Assembly (NCBI RefSeq): GCF_018977255.1
Contig: NW_024704746.1
Coordinates: forward strand, 4,960,001-5,024,000
From: Callorhinchus milii
Taxonomy: Eukaryota
DNA length: 64,000 bases
Reading direction: 5' to 3'
Shown: piece after piece, positions 50,601 through 63,551 of the stretch
Layout: every line of letters starts with the position of its first letter
How positions within the stretch are numbered: position 1 is the first letter of the stretch
Program-made: the position numbers and the translations under genes
Notes under the pieces: generated by a model
Seen by the model: the letters and a program-made list of their open reading frames with translations, nothing else
Told to the model about the DNA's origin: nothing
Database searches by the model: none

Positions 50601-53600
50601 ATGAGGGTTTGGGCTGTACTGGGGGTGAGGTATGGTCGGAGGTGGGCAATGTGAAGCACGTGGAGGATCGTGGTCCTGGTCAGGCACCGGATATGGAGGA
50701 GGAAGGACAGCTGGGGATCGAACCTGCTGCCTAGGTTACATGCAGGTTTGGTAAGTCTTAAGGATAGATCTTAAGGGGGTTGAAGAGGTCAGAGCCGCAG
50801 GACAGAAGATGTTGACGGGAGCCAAGGAGTATGGCTTCTGTCTGGTCGACATTTAGCTGCAGAAAGTTTACGCTTATCAAGGCCTTGATGCCTGTACTAA
50901 AATGAAGAGTGTGTACGCACACACAACGCACCTCACACACACACAAGCACACGCACACACACAAACACAAGCGCAACAGTTTTCCCATACTTTCTCCAGT
51001 GTAGGTTTGGAGCTTCTCGTAACAATTCCCATCCGGAGAAGGATTCAGAAAATCGGGAATCTTTGAGAGCTTCTTAAACCCAACGCTGTCTTTCCCTAGA
51101 ATCTTTATTGCATTCTTGACACAGAATCTGTGGGGTAGGAAGAGAATGGGAAGCAATGATTGAATGCTCTGCTGGATAAACACAGAGCTCATAGATTTAT
51201 ACTTTCAGGCACACAACACGAGCGCAGAGCTAGTGCAGACCTGATACAGGGTGGAACACTATTTTTGAGAACAAATTGGTTGCAGCACAACAAAACAATA
51301 TCGAGAGGACTTTCCCGAGGCAGTTCGGGGTTTGACCTGAGCTGCAGATTGGATTCAGGAGGGGTTGGGGCCAAGGGATGAGGTGGGATGATGACCGAAA
51401 GCATGGTCAAAGATAAAGGTCTTAATAATAATAATAATACTCCTTGGATTTGATGTAGCGCCTTATTACATCATTGAGACGTTTCAAATTGTTTCAGAGA
51501 ATATTCTGTAAAGTGGATTGACTGTACATTTTGTGGCGAAATGCAGCAGCCAGTTGCACACAGCAGTGTCCCACAAACAGGCTTGCATTGAGTGACAATA
51601 TTATTATTATTTTTTTGGGACTATTACCTTCGGAAAGTGATCTGCCAAGACTAACAACAAGGTCCCGCCCGGGAATCAAACCTGGTTCCTCTCACTTGCG
51701 AGGCGAGTGCATTAGCCACTACGCCACGGGACTCCACATATGAGCGTGAGGGGCAGGCGGGGGCCTGGGACCTACCGTTTCCAGAAATGAAGGAGGTTGA
51801 GGAGGACGCTGATACGGGCGGAGTGGAAGAGTCCGCGGTCCACATTGCCTTGCCGGATTGCAAGCGAGATGTTGTCCTTGTCCTTTTCCAAGATGTTCAC
51901 CTGACGACCAAAGAAGCAGAAAAGCATTAGGCCGGGCAGGAGAGGAGAATCAGCTCTACACACCACAGGGCAGCTCCTACCCCCTCACACACCTATAGGG
52001 TGTCCACAAAGTCCTGTTACTCCCCCATGTTACAAAACAGTGACATGAGACTACGGAGGAGCTGTAACAAACTGTAAGAGATGCGTCTCAGCTCCTCACT
52101 CCATCCACGTTACAGAAGACGTGGCACCGAACACAGCGACGGAACATTATCTGCAATGAGAATGATGGCGATGGCGTACTGAACACAATGAAGTGCTTCT
52201 AAATACAATGATCATCATTCTTCCATATGTTTCAGTTGTTCACGTCACGTCAGGAGGACAACCCAAGGCACTGGACAATCAATGTTTCAGACTCGAGCTG
52301 AGGGGCGGGATCGAGGATGGTTGAGGGCAGTGGGGAAAGGAAGGCAACCAAAGGTACGGTCAAAGAGGAGGGTCTTGAGATAGATCTCGAAGGAGGCAAG
52401 GGAGGGGCGAGGAGGAGAAGCTACGGAATGGAATTCCAGAGGGTGGGAGCAAAGTGGCTGGAGGACTGCCCACCAATGGTGTGGGAGAGGACATGGGCTG
52501 CAGAGTTCTGGAAGATCTGCAGCCTACGAAGGGAGGACATGGGGATGCCAACAAGCAGGGAGTTTGCGTTGTCAAGCCTGGATGTTATGAATGCGTGTAT
52601 GAGGGTCTCGGCGGCCTGCAGTGTGAGACAATGGTGGAGCCGGGCGATTATGCGGAGGTTGGGGAAGGCAGAGTTGGACATGGCACGGATGTGGGTTAGA
52701 AAAAATAGTTGAGGGTCAAACAAGACGCCAAGGTTCTGGACTGGCTCAGTGAGGTGAAGTGTGCATCCATGGATGGTGGTGCTGTCAGTGCCTGAGGTAT
52801 GAGGCGCTGACGGGAGCCAATCGGTCTTGTTGATGTTCAACTGAAGAAAATTAGCTCTCATCCAGGACTTGATGTATGACAGATATTCTGTCAGGGCAGC
52901 AGTGGTCCTGGAGTCGAGGGTGGAGGCAGAGAGATAGAGTTGGGTGTCATCTACATACATGTGGAAATTGACCTCATGTCTGTGGATAATGTCACCAAGA
53001 GGGAGCACGTAGATATTAAAAAGGAGGAGACCAAAGACAGTTACTTCCAAATCATCTTTCTATCCTCTGATGGCCCTATTAAATCAGGTGAATGAAAAGA
53101 GAGCGACCTTCCTCGCTGATCAGGGAGGCTCTGATTCCCATATCCTGGCAGTGTCCGGCTCTCTATCCCCACCTCTCACAGATTGTGTGTCACTGGGACA
53201 AATGGAGGTGAGCACTGGTTCCCAGCCCTGCCTGATGGAAGTGTAGCATAAGTGTAGCATAAACCTGCAGGACCATATTATTAACCTGCAGAACCATATT
53301 ATTCCCAGTAGATGGTGCAGTGGTTGAATAGACTCACTGTCCGAGGCCATCATTAACTTTGCAGAGTGGCTGGTCTGGTTTTCTTCCATCTGCTCAGCAC
53401 TGCATTTCCATCAAACCAGCCTTCTTCCCCAAACCTCCTCCAAGCCTCGGCTCACAGCAAGTTAGTATATAACGTAATAACAGGCAAGAATTAACCGTTT
53501 TTTGGTTAGTCAGGTGTCTGACAAATGTGGAAACGTATTGCGGAGCTTAAGAGTACCCAGACCAAACTGAGTTCCACAAATACGTGTCACCTACCATTGT

Positions 53601-56600
53601 AAATTTCCGTATCTGGAATGGAATACATCGGAGGGACGCACCTGCTTACCTAATTCTGCAGCTATTGATACAACAATTTCCATTTACATAGTGTCTTTTG
53701 TGTTGGACAGCGTCTCAGAGTAATTTGTTTTTTTTGTCAGTCAGATGTTTGACACATGCTTAAGAGTCTCCAAACCGAATCCCACCTCTACATGGAAATT
53801 CTAGACATAGATTATTGGAATGGAATGCACACTCTCTCCCTGGGGGGAAGCATCCTGCTTACCTAATTCCAGAAAGTATTGGGTACAGGTTGGCAGGAGC
53901 CAATGCTTGAGACCCTTGAGAGTGTGTTGGGGTAATTTTTTGAGTCTAACCAGCTAAAACCTGTATAACCTCCGCCCCTCTTCCTACACCCCCTGTAGAG
54001 TGACCCTCACCCTGAGACGTGGGGGAATCTCCGAGTGAACATACAGTTTGATGATCAACTCCGCCTTATTCCACAGCAGCTTCTCGTATACTTCATTGTG
54101 GAGCCCGGAGCGAGCCATGATAACAGCTGCGTTTGCTCGGTCAATGTACCTGTACACACACATACACAGAGGCACACACACACAAACACACACACAGAAT
54201 TAAACAATATTTTTTNATATCCCCCCTCTCTCCTGCAGGAGCGTGACTCAATTTCTCTTTTATGAGGGAGGAAGGGAGGAAACAAGGGTGGTGACCAGAA
54301 CCTGATCCAAGTGTCCCTGGATTATCCGTCAGACTTCACAGTAAATGTGAGTTTGAGGACCGCAGAGTGTAACTACTGGAATCTAACCAGCTAAAACCAC
54401 TTAGCTTGCTATTGAGAGCACGGTCTGTCAAGCTTGGAGGTTCTATGGGATGTTACTAGCTGCCCAGTCATGGAATCCACAATAGAGGTGACAACAACAA
54501 ATTATATTTACAGAGTGCCTTTCACATCGAGAGGACATCCCAAGATGCTGGACTGTCAAGTATTGGCACCCGAGCTGGGGGTTGGGATCTGGAGGATGGA
54601 GGGCAGGGGTTTGGGGGTAGGAGAGTGACCGAAAGTCAAAGGGGAAAGTCTTGAGATGGGCCTTGAAGGAAGCAAGGGAGGTAGTGAGGCAAAGGGGCTG
54701 TGGGATGGAGTTCCAAAGGGGTAGTGCAGCGAGGGGAGGAGAACCATTAATATCGCAGCCAGTGTCCCGGGGGAACGGAGACCCCGACCTACTGATTCAC
54801 AATGCTTCTGAGAGAGTGCGACTAACATTGGATTTATAATAATAATAATAATTCTTGCATTTGATATAGTGCTTTTTCACATCTTCTAAGATGTCTCAAA
54901 GCGCTTCACAGAATAGACTGTAAAGTGAATTGACTGTATATTTGTGGGCGAAACGCGGCAGCCAATTGCGCACAGCAGTATCCCACAAACAGTCGTGGAT
55001 TGAAGTGACTGATTTTTTTTTAAGGATTATTATCAGGCATGTGGAGTAAGGAAACTTGCCCAAGGTTTCGCCCTCCCGGGAATTGAACCCAGGTCTCTCA
55101 CTTGCGAGGCGAGTGCTCTAACCACTGAGCTACAGGACTCCTGTAGATTTGTACCTGAGTCGGTGCAAAAGGAAAGATTTAACATCCACCTGGACAGACA
55201 ACAAGATTTCATTTTACTTCGTATCTAAAGAACCTCTGACAATGCAGCAATCCACAGTCTAGACTATGAACTCATAAAGTGTTGTGTGTCTGACCTGATG
55301 GATGTGTGCTTGACCCAAGCTCCCAGGTGAGTGTCTAACCTGTCGGTCTCTATGAAGAAGCGCAGGTCGTTGACCAGGTAGTTGACGATGATGGGCCGGT
55401 TGTTCAGCATTCTTCGTTTCATCTCAGGAATGTCCTCGTCTGCATTGGTCAAGGTCTGGCTCGGCTGAGCGAACAGCGGAGTCAACGGTTGAACAACATT
55501 GGTGTCTGAAACACACAGAGCTCAGTGACAGGGTGGGGTGTGGGGGGACCATCAGGACAGTATAGGGGCTCACACAACACTGGGGTTAGGAGGGAGGGAG
55601 GGAGAGCGAGAGAGCGAGGTTGGAAGATTGTTTTATTTTTGGTCAGCTGGGTGTCGATACATGCGGAAACCCATCAACGTGCTTAACAGTTGAAACCCAG
55701 CTGAGAATTCCATGCATCTCACCTACAAATCGAGAGATAGGTTGTTGGAAGAGAATGTGCACTCTGAAGGGATGCATCCTGCTTACCTAATTCTGGAATG
55801 TATTAGGTTGGCAAGAGTCAAGGTTTGGGGACCACAGAGTTTGCATCAGGGTACAGCTGGAGTCTAACCAGCTACACCCGAAGAGCTTGCCATTGATATT
55901 GCTGCGCGCTGCTCGTCCAGCTAGGACCACCCTACTCTTTGTGGGTGAAAAATAGCAATGACCCTCCAGGGATTGGGCAACTGGTCTCCTTCAGTGTCCA
56001 GCACTAGTGGCTACATTTCATTATCCTTGAGCCAAACAGCAAGAGAATTCAGGAACTCTCTCCTCCCAGCTCTGCCGCTCACCCTCACTCTCCTCTACTC
56101 ACCACCTCCTCTCCACCCCACCCAGAAAACCCTCCGCTTTCTGCCTCAGGCGCTTTGTCTTCATGCTCTCCCCCCTCCCCTCTCGCCCCACCTCCTCCCC
56201 CACACTCACTCTCGTTGTCATTGTATAGCTCATCGTGTAGGAAGGCCTCAAACGCAAGGTGTTTGGCTGTGTTCTGCATAGCCTTACGGAACTGGATGAC
56301 GGTCTTGATCAGTGAGCACAGGAAAGTCCACACCCGGTTCTGTAGCAGCAAAAAGGAGAGGAGAGAGAGCGTTCAGGGGATGGGGGGGTGGGGCGGAGGA
56401 GAGGAGATCTGTGTCTGAGTGTGTTGGGGTGGTGGAGGGAGAGGAGTGTTTGTGTATATGTGTAACAAAAATAATAATAATTCTTGCTTTTGATATGGCA
56501 CTTAGCACACTGAGAGGATGTGTCAATGAGCTTCGCAGCGAAAAGTGTAGCGACCGTATTTTGTGAGCCAAACACAGTAGCCAATTTGCACACAGCAGTG

Positions 56601-59600
56601 TCCCACAAATAGTGGAGTGAGTGACCAATTTTTATCTGGGGTTATCGACCAGGACTCTCTCTTCGAATAGTGCCATGGGATCTAACATCCACCTGAACAG
56701 GAACAGATGGTACCTCGGTTTAATGTCACCTCCGACAATGCAGAGCTCCCCCTCAGCTTCTTACACTGTGCTCACACCCACTGTTCTCACACTGCACACA
56801 ACTACACTGTGCTCACACCCACACTGTGCTCACACTTACAATGTGCTCACACTCATACTGTGCTCACTCACTGTGCTCACACTGTGCTCACAGGCACAAT
56901 GCACTCACACTGCGCTCACACTGACTCACCATTCTGCGGTTTATGGTGTAGCTTCTCCTGTGAGAGGGTTCAACAGCCTCCTGCTCATTCATCACTGACG
57001 CCAGAAAGACAGAAAACCTGTGGGGGGAAGAGATAGAAAGTGAGAGAGAGATAGAGGGTGAGAGAGCAAGAAAGATAGATGGAGGAGAGAGAGAGAGGTA
57101 GGAGAGAAAGGGAGGAGAGAGAGAGAGCAAACAGAGAGAGGGGAAGGAGAGAGAGAGGTAGAGAGGTGGGGTGGGGGTGGAGAGAGAGGGATTGGAAAGT
57201 GAGGACAGCAGAGTTCAGAGACAGTAAAGATAGAGTACACTGTCCATCCACACACCCAGGTTAGTGACAGCCCAGGTTAGAGATAGGGTACAGCTCCCAC
57301 TACGCTGGACCAATGGAACCAGAAACATGTGGCTCGAGATGAGAGACGGGGTGATCCCAGAGCCACTGAGACCTGGGGCATAAGAACCCTCAGCCCATAT
57401 CAGACAACACACCGTCAGCTGGGAGAGAGGTGTGGTTGGCTTCAAACCGCAGGCACTAAGGAGTCCTGTAGCACAGTGGTTAGCGTATTCGCCTCGCAAG
57501 CGAGAGGATCCAGGTTTGATTTCTGGGCTGGGCGAAACCTTAGGGAAGTTTCCTTACTCCACACGCCTCATTACCTAGCAGCAAGTAGGAACCCAGTTGT
57601 TGGTCGATCATTTTCTGTGGGTAATAATGGTCATTCAATCCATCAGTTTTTGTGGGACACTGCTGTGCGCAAGTGGCTGCTGTATTTCGGCCACAAAATA
57701 CAGTCAATCCACTTTACAATATATTCTGTGAAGCACTTTGAAACGTCTGAATGGCATGATAAGGCGCTATATCAAATGTAAGGCTTATTATTATTATGTT
57801 AGAGGTAGTCCCCACACTGTAAGAGTCGAGGTTTGGGGATATCAGAGGCTGGCAGGACTGACCATTTATCCTGCATGGAGTCGAGCACAGCGTCTTGTGC
57901 ATTCAGCAGGTGGGTTAGATTCACGTTGCTCATGTTCTGAATATCTTTGAGGATCTGAGCATCACACTGAAGAACTGTTCCTGCAGCAACACAGCAAAGC
58001 AGTTCAGCAATCAATATTGAACTGTACAGTGATCAATAGTAAACTATATAGCAATTAACACTGAACTGTGAAGGGTTTGGAACGATGCAGTGATCAATAG
58101 TAAACGGTACAGTGATCAACACTGAACTGTGAACCACTCAACCACCCTTCTTGGTAACCCTGTTCCAGTTGTTAATTACTCTCTGAGTTGCTCTGAAATT
58201 GCGCTTTACAACTTGAAACGCGTGTTCTCCTGTCTTGGAGATCAGCCTCGTTGTTCTCCTCTGCACTGCTCTAAGGCTTGTTATGTCACAGTGACCAATG
58301 CTGTGTGTGCAGTACTCAAGGTGTGGCCTGACCAGAGCATTGTACAGCCTGAGCAATCTAGCGCAGCATCCTGTTTACCTCATTTCAACAGTGAACAGGT
58401 ACAGTGTTACAGACGGGACAGGGTGAGAGACGGAGTAAAGCTCCCTCTACACTGTCCTCCACACTCCCAAGTCAGTGAGAGCACGAGTTAGAGGCAGATT
58501 AAAGCTCTCTACACTGTCCAGCCACAGTTCCCATCTACCTGGATCTTTGTTGTTGAAGAATTTCCCGAGGATCCAGCTGATGTGTAGCAGCATTTCCTTG
58601 TCAGCCACGTCGGATTCCTTGTTGTTGTCCAGTTTGTGCAGTTTCTCCACAGCTTGCCAGAACATCAGCGGCGTCTCCGCATTGTAAGACTGAAGAAACT
58701 GCTTAAAGACCCGCATGGTGGTCTGGCTTTGGAACACATCCACAAGGTGCCTGCACCAGATCAACAATACATAATTAATAATAATACTTGCATTCGATAC
58801 AGCGCCTTATCATATTGTCGAGACGTCTCAAAAGGCTTCACAGAACGTATTGCAAAGTGAATTGACTATATATTTTGTCAGCAAAACATGGCAGCCAATT
58901 GGGCACCACAGTGTCCCATAAAAAGTGGATTGGGTGACCCAATTATTTATTTATTTTTTTAGAGTGATTATTATCCACAGAAAGCGCTTCACAAATCGAT
59001 TAACAATCAGATTCCTACTTACTGCTAGGTAAACAGAAGCATTTATATAGCGTCTTTCACATTCAAAGCACTGGACTGTGAAGAGTTTGGAACTGAGTGG
59101 GATGCTGGAATCAGGAGAGGTGGAAGGCGGAGGGAGGAGTGGCTGACCGAATGCATGATCAAAGAGGGAGGTTTAGAAATGGGCCTTGAAGAGAGAGGGT
59201 GAGGCAGAATCAGATCAGAATCTGAGCAGAATAAGATCAGAGCAGTATCCCACTCCCTGTTACACTGTGGAACGTCTCACACAACTCACATGGATGGTGT
59301 AGGACATGAATCAGGATGGGAATTTGTGGTGCAAGGGGTTGGGGGGGAAGGTGACTGAAGACACAGTCAAAAAGGTCATTTTTCTTTAAATTGTGCTTGC
59401 ATTTTCATTCGAACAGCACCTTATCGCCTTAACAACGCCTTAACAGCAATGGTGAGTGACGGAGTGATGGTGAGTGATAGTGCGAGTGACAGTGTGAGTG
59501 ATGACGTGTGATGGTGAATGATGGTGTTTGATGGTGAGTAATGGTGAGATGGTGAGTGACGGTGTCTGATGTTGTGTGCCAGTGATTGACAGTGCGTGGT

Positions 59601-60733
59601 TGTGTACCTGGGCAGCTCAGGGGAACGATGCATTGATCTCATGGAGCTAAAATTGAGGTTTGACCACAAGTCTATCTTCTGTGCCTTCTGCTTCCAGAGA
59701 TCTGCAGAGGAAGAACAGACGTTGTCTGAGAGTTCAGGGCCTCACACGCCAGACAAAAAACACCCTGATCTGACCTGTCTGACGTCTCTGGCCCATTTAC
59801 TGATCCCAGCCAGCAGGCAGTGCAGGCAACAGGTAGGAGGCAGTACTGAGGGCAACCACTAGGGGCACCATTAACATTTAACAAATGTGGGAAGGAAATC
59901 ATGGGGGCTCCCTCATACAATCAGGCAACCCCCTCCATCAATCAGGCAACCCCCGCCTCCGGGGGTGTTGAGTGTGGACAGCATTACAACAATCTGCCTC
60001 ACATTTGATTTATAATGTCTGAAGGATGATACCTCTTGACAATATAACACCCCCCAGCACTGCAGTGGAGCGTTAGCTTAGACAATGCTATTCTGACATT
60101 GGAACTTGGAATAGCGTAAAGGAAAGAGAAGGGAGTTTCTCTCTCTCCCAAGGTGTTTTGTGGCCTTATTTGTGTAACTGTGTTTTATAAAGAAACTGAT
60201 TCAAACTTCACACCTACATAATGATAAAACCCAAGTGCTTCACAGTAATTATTGTAGTGTAGTGACTGTGCATTTTGTTTGCGAAGACGGTAGACAATTT
60301 GCACACAGCAATGTCCCTCCCACCCTGCCTGTCCCACCATCCGCGGTCAGGCAGTTAGCCTCTCTGCCTCCACCCGTTCGAACTCCATCCCACAGTCCCT
60401 CTCCTCTTTCAAGGCCCATGTCAAGACCCTCCTTTGCGACCGGGCATTTGGTCATCTCCTACCTCCATCCTCCCTACCCTCCATCCTTCCTGATCCCAAC
60501 CCGTGTCCAAATCCCTAACTGTCCAGAGCCTTGGGCTGTCCTCCCGACGTGAAAGGCGATGTGTAAATGTAATTTCTTGTTGTTGTTCCACAAACACATG
60601 TGAGGCGTGCTGTAGTGATACGTACTCAGATCATTCAATCGCTTGAAGTACCAGTGGAAGTTCCTACTCATCTCCTCCACAGCAGCCTTTGGATCCTGGG
60701 CTGACATTTCCTCAAATGACTTTGTGGATGTGT
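47696..60733 (-). CDS. RGSL1: RGSL1-like regulator of G-protein signalling protein, 3' portion (5' end unresolved or outside the window)
   Basis: 13 GT-AG exons whose phases chain to a stop: 60733-60626, 59701-59608, 58750-58539, 57980-57863, 57017-56930, 56339-56210, 55505-55340, 54149-54011, 51900-51776, 51127-50991, 49258-49192, 48383-48342, 47720-47696. RGS fold motifs ([22 protein letters not shown]; WFSVFLAS), [22 protein letters not shown] and [11 protein letters not shown] resemble RGSL1, which is the neighbour of RNASEL in mammals. Confidence 0.8.
49800..50040. repeat. CA-rich tandem repeat (~24-bp CACACGCTGACACAGAGTGTGCATA unit)
   Basis: Visible tandem copies. Confidence 0.85.
52317..53045 (-). 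mobile_element. L2-clade LINE RT fragment
   Basis: ORF 52421..53050: [10 protein letters not shown]...[12 protein letters not shown]...LQLNINKT...[18 protein letters not shown]. Confidence 0.88.
56765..56925. repeat. Short tandem repeat CACACTGTGCT(CA)
   Basis: About a dozen imperfect 12-13-mer copies next to an RGSL1 donor site. Confidence 0.85.
58130..58360 (-). mobile_element. CR1 RT C-terminal fragment
   Basis: [13 protein letters not shown]...VQRRTTRLI. Confidence 0.8.
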
Positions 60734-63551
60734 CTGTACCGAAAGAAAGCACAAATGTCATCTCCAACATCCACCAGCTGTCAGTCCTCAGAAAGAAGCA
60801 ACAGCGACACATCAACACTTAATAGTAATAATAATCCTTGCATTTGATATAGAGCCTTATCACGTTGTCGAGACATCTCAAAGAGCTTCACAGATATAAA
60901 GTGAAACATAGCGATTGTGTGTTTTGTGGGCAAAACTTGGCAGCCAATTTTCGCACAGCAATGTCACATGAACAACCGTGAAACAAGTGACCAATTTCAT
61001 TTGGGGGATTGTCAGCCAGGCCACCAGGAGAAAGAAACTTCTTTGTCTTTTCAAATAGTGCTATGGGATCTTTAATATTCACCTGAACAGGTACAGATGG
61101 GACCTCGATTTATTGCTTCATCTGAAGGACGGCACCTCCATCAATGCAACACCCCCTCAATATTGCATTGGAGCATCAGCTTAGACTGTGTGATTTAATC
61201 ACCTAAAGAAAACAGAAGGGAGTTTCTCTCTCTCAAGGCTTTTTGGGGGCGTTGTTGGTGTAAATGTGTGTTTACTACAAAAACAGTCACTACACTTGAC
61301 ATATAAAGCGTGGGACGTTTTGACCAGTCACTATAAAAATGTACACTCTGCTCCTTGGAACGCACTTGGGACTGGCTGGGTTCCTGGCTTCCTGACTTGG
61401 TTACCAAGCTGCTTCGGAGCAAAAATCTCCCAACTTCTAACAACGCATACTATTTCATCAACACTGGCAAAGTTTTAAGTTCATATTCATCTCAAAATCT
61501 CTCCTACACGTTACAATCGTGGGACTTGGACTGTATTTTTTCCCTTGCATTTGATATAGCGCATTATCATGTCATTGAGACATCTCAAAGCACTTCACAG
61601 AATATACTGTTTCGTGGGCAAAACATGTCAGCAATATCCCACAAACAATTGTGGATTGAATGATCAATTTTTTTTTCTTTGAAGGATTAACACCCTGGAA
61701 AGCGATCCACCAATTGACTAACAACTGGGTTTCTACTTACCGCTAGATAAGCAGAGGTGCTTGTAGAGTAGGGAAAATTCCCTAAAGTTTCGCCATGCCT
61801 GGGAATCAAACCCAGGTCCTCTTGCTTGCGCGGCGATTGTGCTAACCACTATACTATGGGATAGAGTGTCCAAGGCTGCAAATGGGGCCATAGCAGTGCT
61901 GATTAACTGGATCAGCCCTATCATGTGATAAGGGAATGAGGTGGAACATGCGATTAATACTAAAGGATAAAACTGTAGTAAAGAGGTGAAATGTGTGTAC
62001 GATATTCTTTAGGTCGCAGCTGGAATATTGAGAGCAAGTTTAAGTGCAACATTATAATAATAATGTTACATTTGATTTCATGTGAGGAGGACGTCTCAAA
62101 GTGCTTGACAGGATATACTGCGTAGTGACTGTGTATTTGTAGACAAATAAAGCAACTAGTTAGCGCACAGCATTGTCCCACAAACAGCTAATTTTATCGG
62201 GGGGATTGTTGATCAAGACTCTGAGAGACAGAAACTCCGTTCTCTTTTGAAGTAGTGCCGCGAGGTCTTTAACTTTCAGATAGACGGGACTCAGGGTTTA
62301 AGGTCTCAACTGAAGCATGACATCTCCGACAATGCCGCGCTCCCCCAGCACTGCGTTGGAGCATCAGCCTAGACTGTAGGAGTCCAGAGTCTTGATGTGG
62401 GGCATGACTCAGACAACATTCGCCCAGTAGTGGGGGATGATCCTAATCACTCCGGGCTGCTGACCTCTCCCATGTGTAAAGGTGACTCTCAGCGATGGGC
62501 AATAGGAGCCCTGGCTGGGTCACTTGGCTTCAGTAACCCATGAATTCAAATGTAATTTCACCTTCCCTGGTCAGCTCAGCCAACCCACCCACAGCAGCAC
62601 TGTAACCACAGAGTCCCCAGTCCACAGCACGGATTAGAGAAAAGAGGAATAGAGAATAGAGAGCGTGAGTGAGAGAGAAAATAGAGATCGTCAAGAATTT
62701 TCATCCCAGGAGAAGGATATGTGGCCCATGTGTCTGTGTTACAATTATTTCCATTTATACATTTACACAACACCTCTCACATGGGGAGGATGTGAGGCTG
62801 AGCTGGGGAGGGGGAAAGTGTGAGCTAAAGCCCACTTAAAAGATAGATCTCAAGGTGGGTTTTGAAAGTATGGAGGGAGAGGGTGAAGCAGAGGGAGTGA
62901 TTGGAAAGTGAGGACCACAGAGTTTAGAGGGAGAGTGAAGCTCCTTCCATCCATTGTCCAGTAAAACTGTCCTTCCATACTCCCAGATAAATCACAACAC
63001 GGGTTAGAGACAGAGTAAAGCTCCCTCTACACTGGGCAGCCACACTTCCAGGTCAGCAGCACCACAGGTTAGATACAGAGTAAAGCTCTGTCTACACTGT
63101 GCCTCCATCTCCAATCGCAGAGAAATTTTCTGTCGGGAATTGTCATTGAATTAGAAAGGTAAAATCTGGTAAAATCAGCAATGGGTAAACTGTGTAAGGA
63201 GCCTAGTGAAGCTAGCCACACTAAATAATAATAATTCTTGCCTTTGATAAAGCACCTTATCACGTTTTCGAGATGCTCAAACAGCTTCACAGCATACACT
63301 GTACAGTTAGTTAACTATATATTGTGGGCAAAACGCCGCAGCCAATTGCACATGATATATACACTGTTATTCGTTAACAACTCTCGAGCTAAACCAATAA
63401 CAACTTGCATTTATATAGCGCCCTTCCTGGACCATCCAAGGAAAAGTAAATAAAATAAAAGACACGCGCACATCCCCACCGACAATCACACCCACACACA
63501 GGTACAAGGGTGCCTTGTGTTTATTTGGAAACCGAACACATCTGTAGCGTT

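Larger units (their letters stand above)
44890..62350. mobile_element. Dense array of DeuSINE-like SINEs (approx. 45830-46140, 48090-48285, 49300-49540, 51430-51740, 54835-55142, 61540-61860 on minus; 57455-57800 on plus) with L2/CR1 pieces
   Basis: Recurrent tRNA-Ala-like head (loop CTCGCAA/CTTGCAA), Deu-like core and (TAT)n tails. Confidence 0.8.

Noticed and set aside
54216-54216. Single N base
   Set aside because: Assembly ambiguity in an intron, not biology; it is a reminder that homopolymer-rich regions may contain errors.
56765-56925. CACTGTG heptamer-containing tandem repeat as RSS array or CRISPR-like array
   Set aside because: No unique spacers, no nonamers and no adjacent V/J segment; a simple tandem repeat in an RGSL1 intron.
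61195-63300. Additional RGSL1 exons linking 63.9 kb to 60.7 kb (candidates near 61420, 62545-62598, 63085-63195)
   Set aside because: Splice signals are weak or phases ambiguous, and I recognise no homology; left unresolved.
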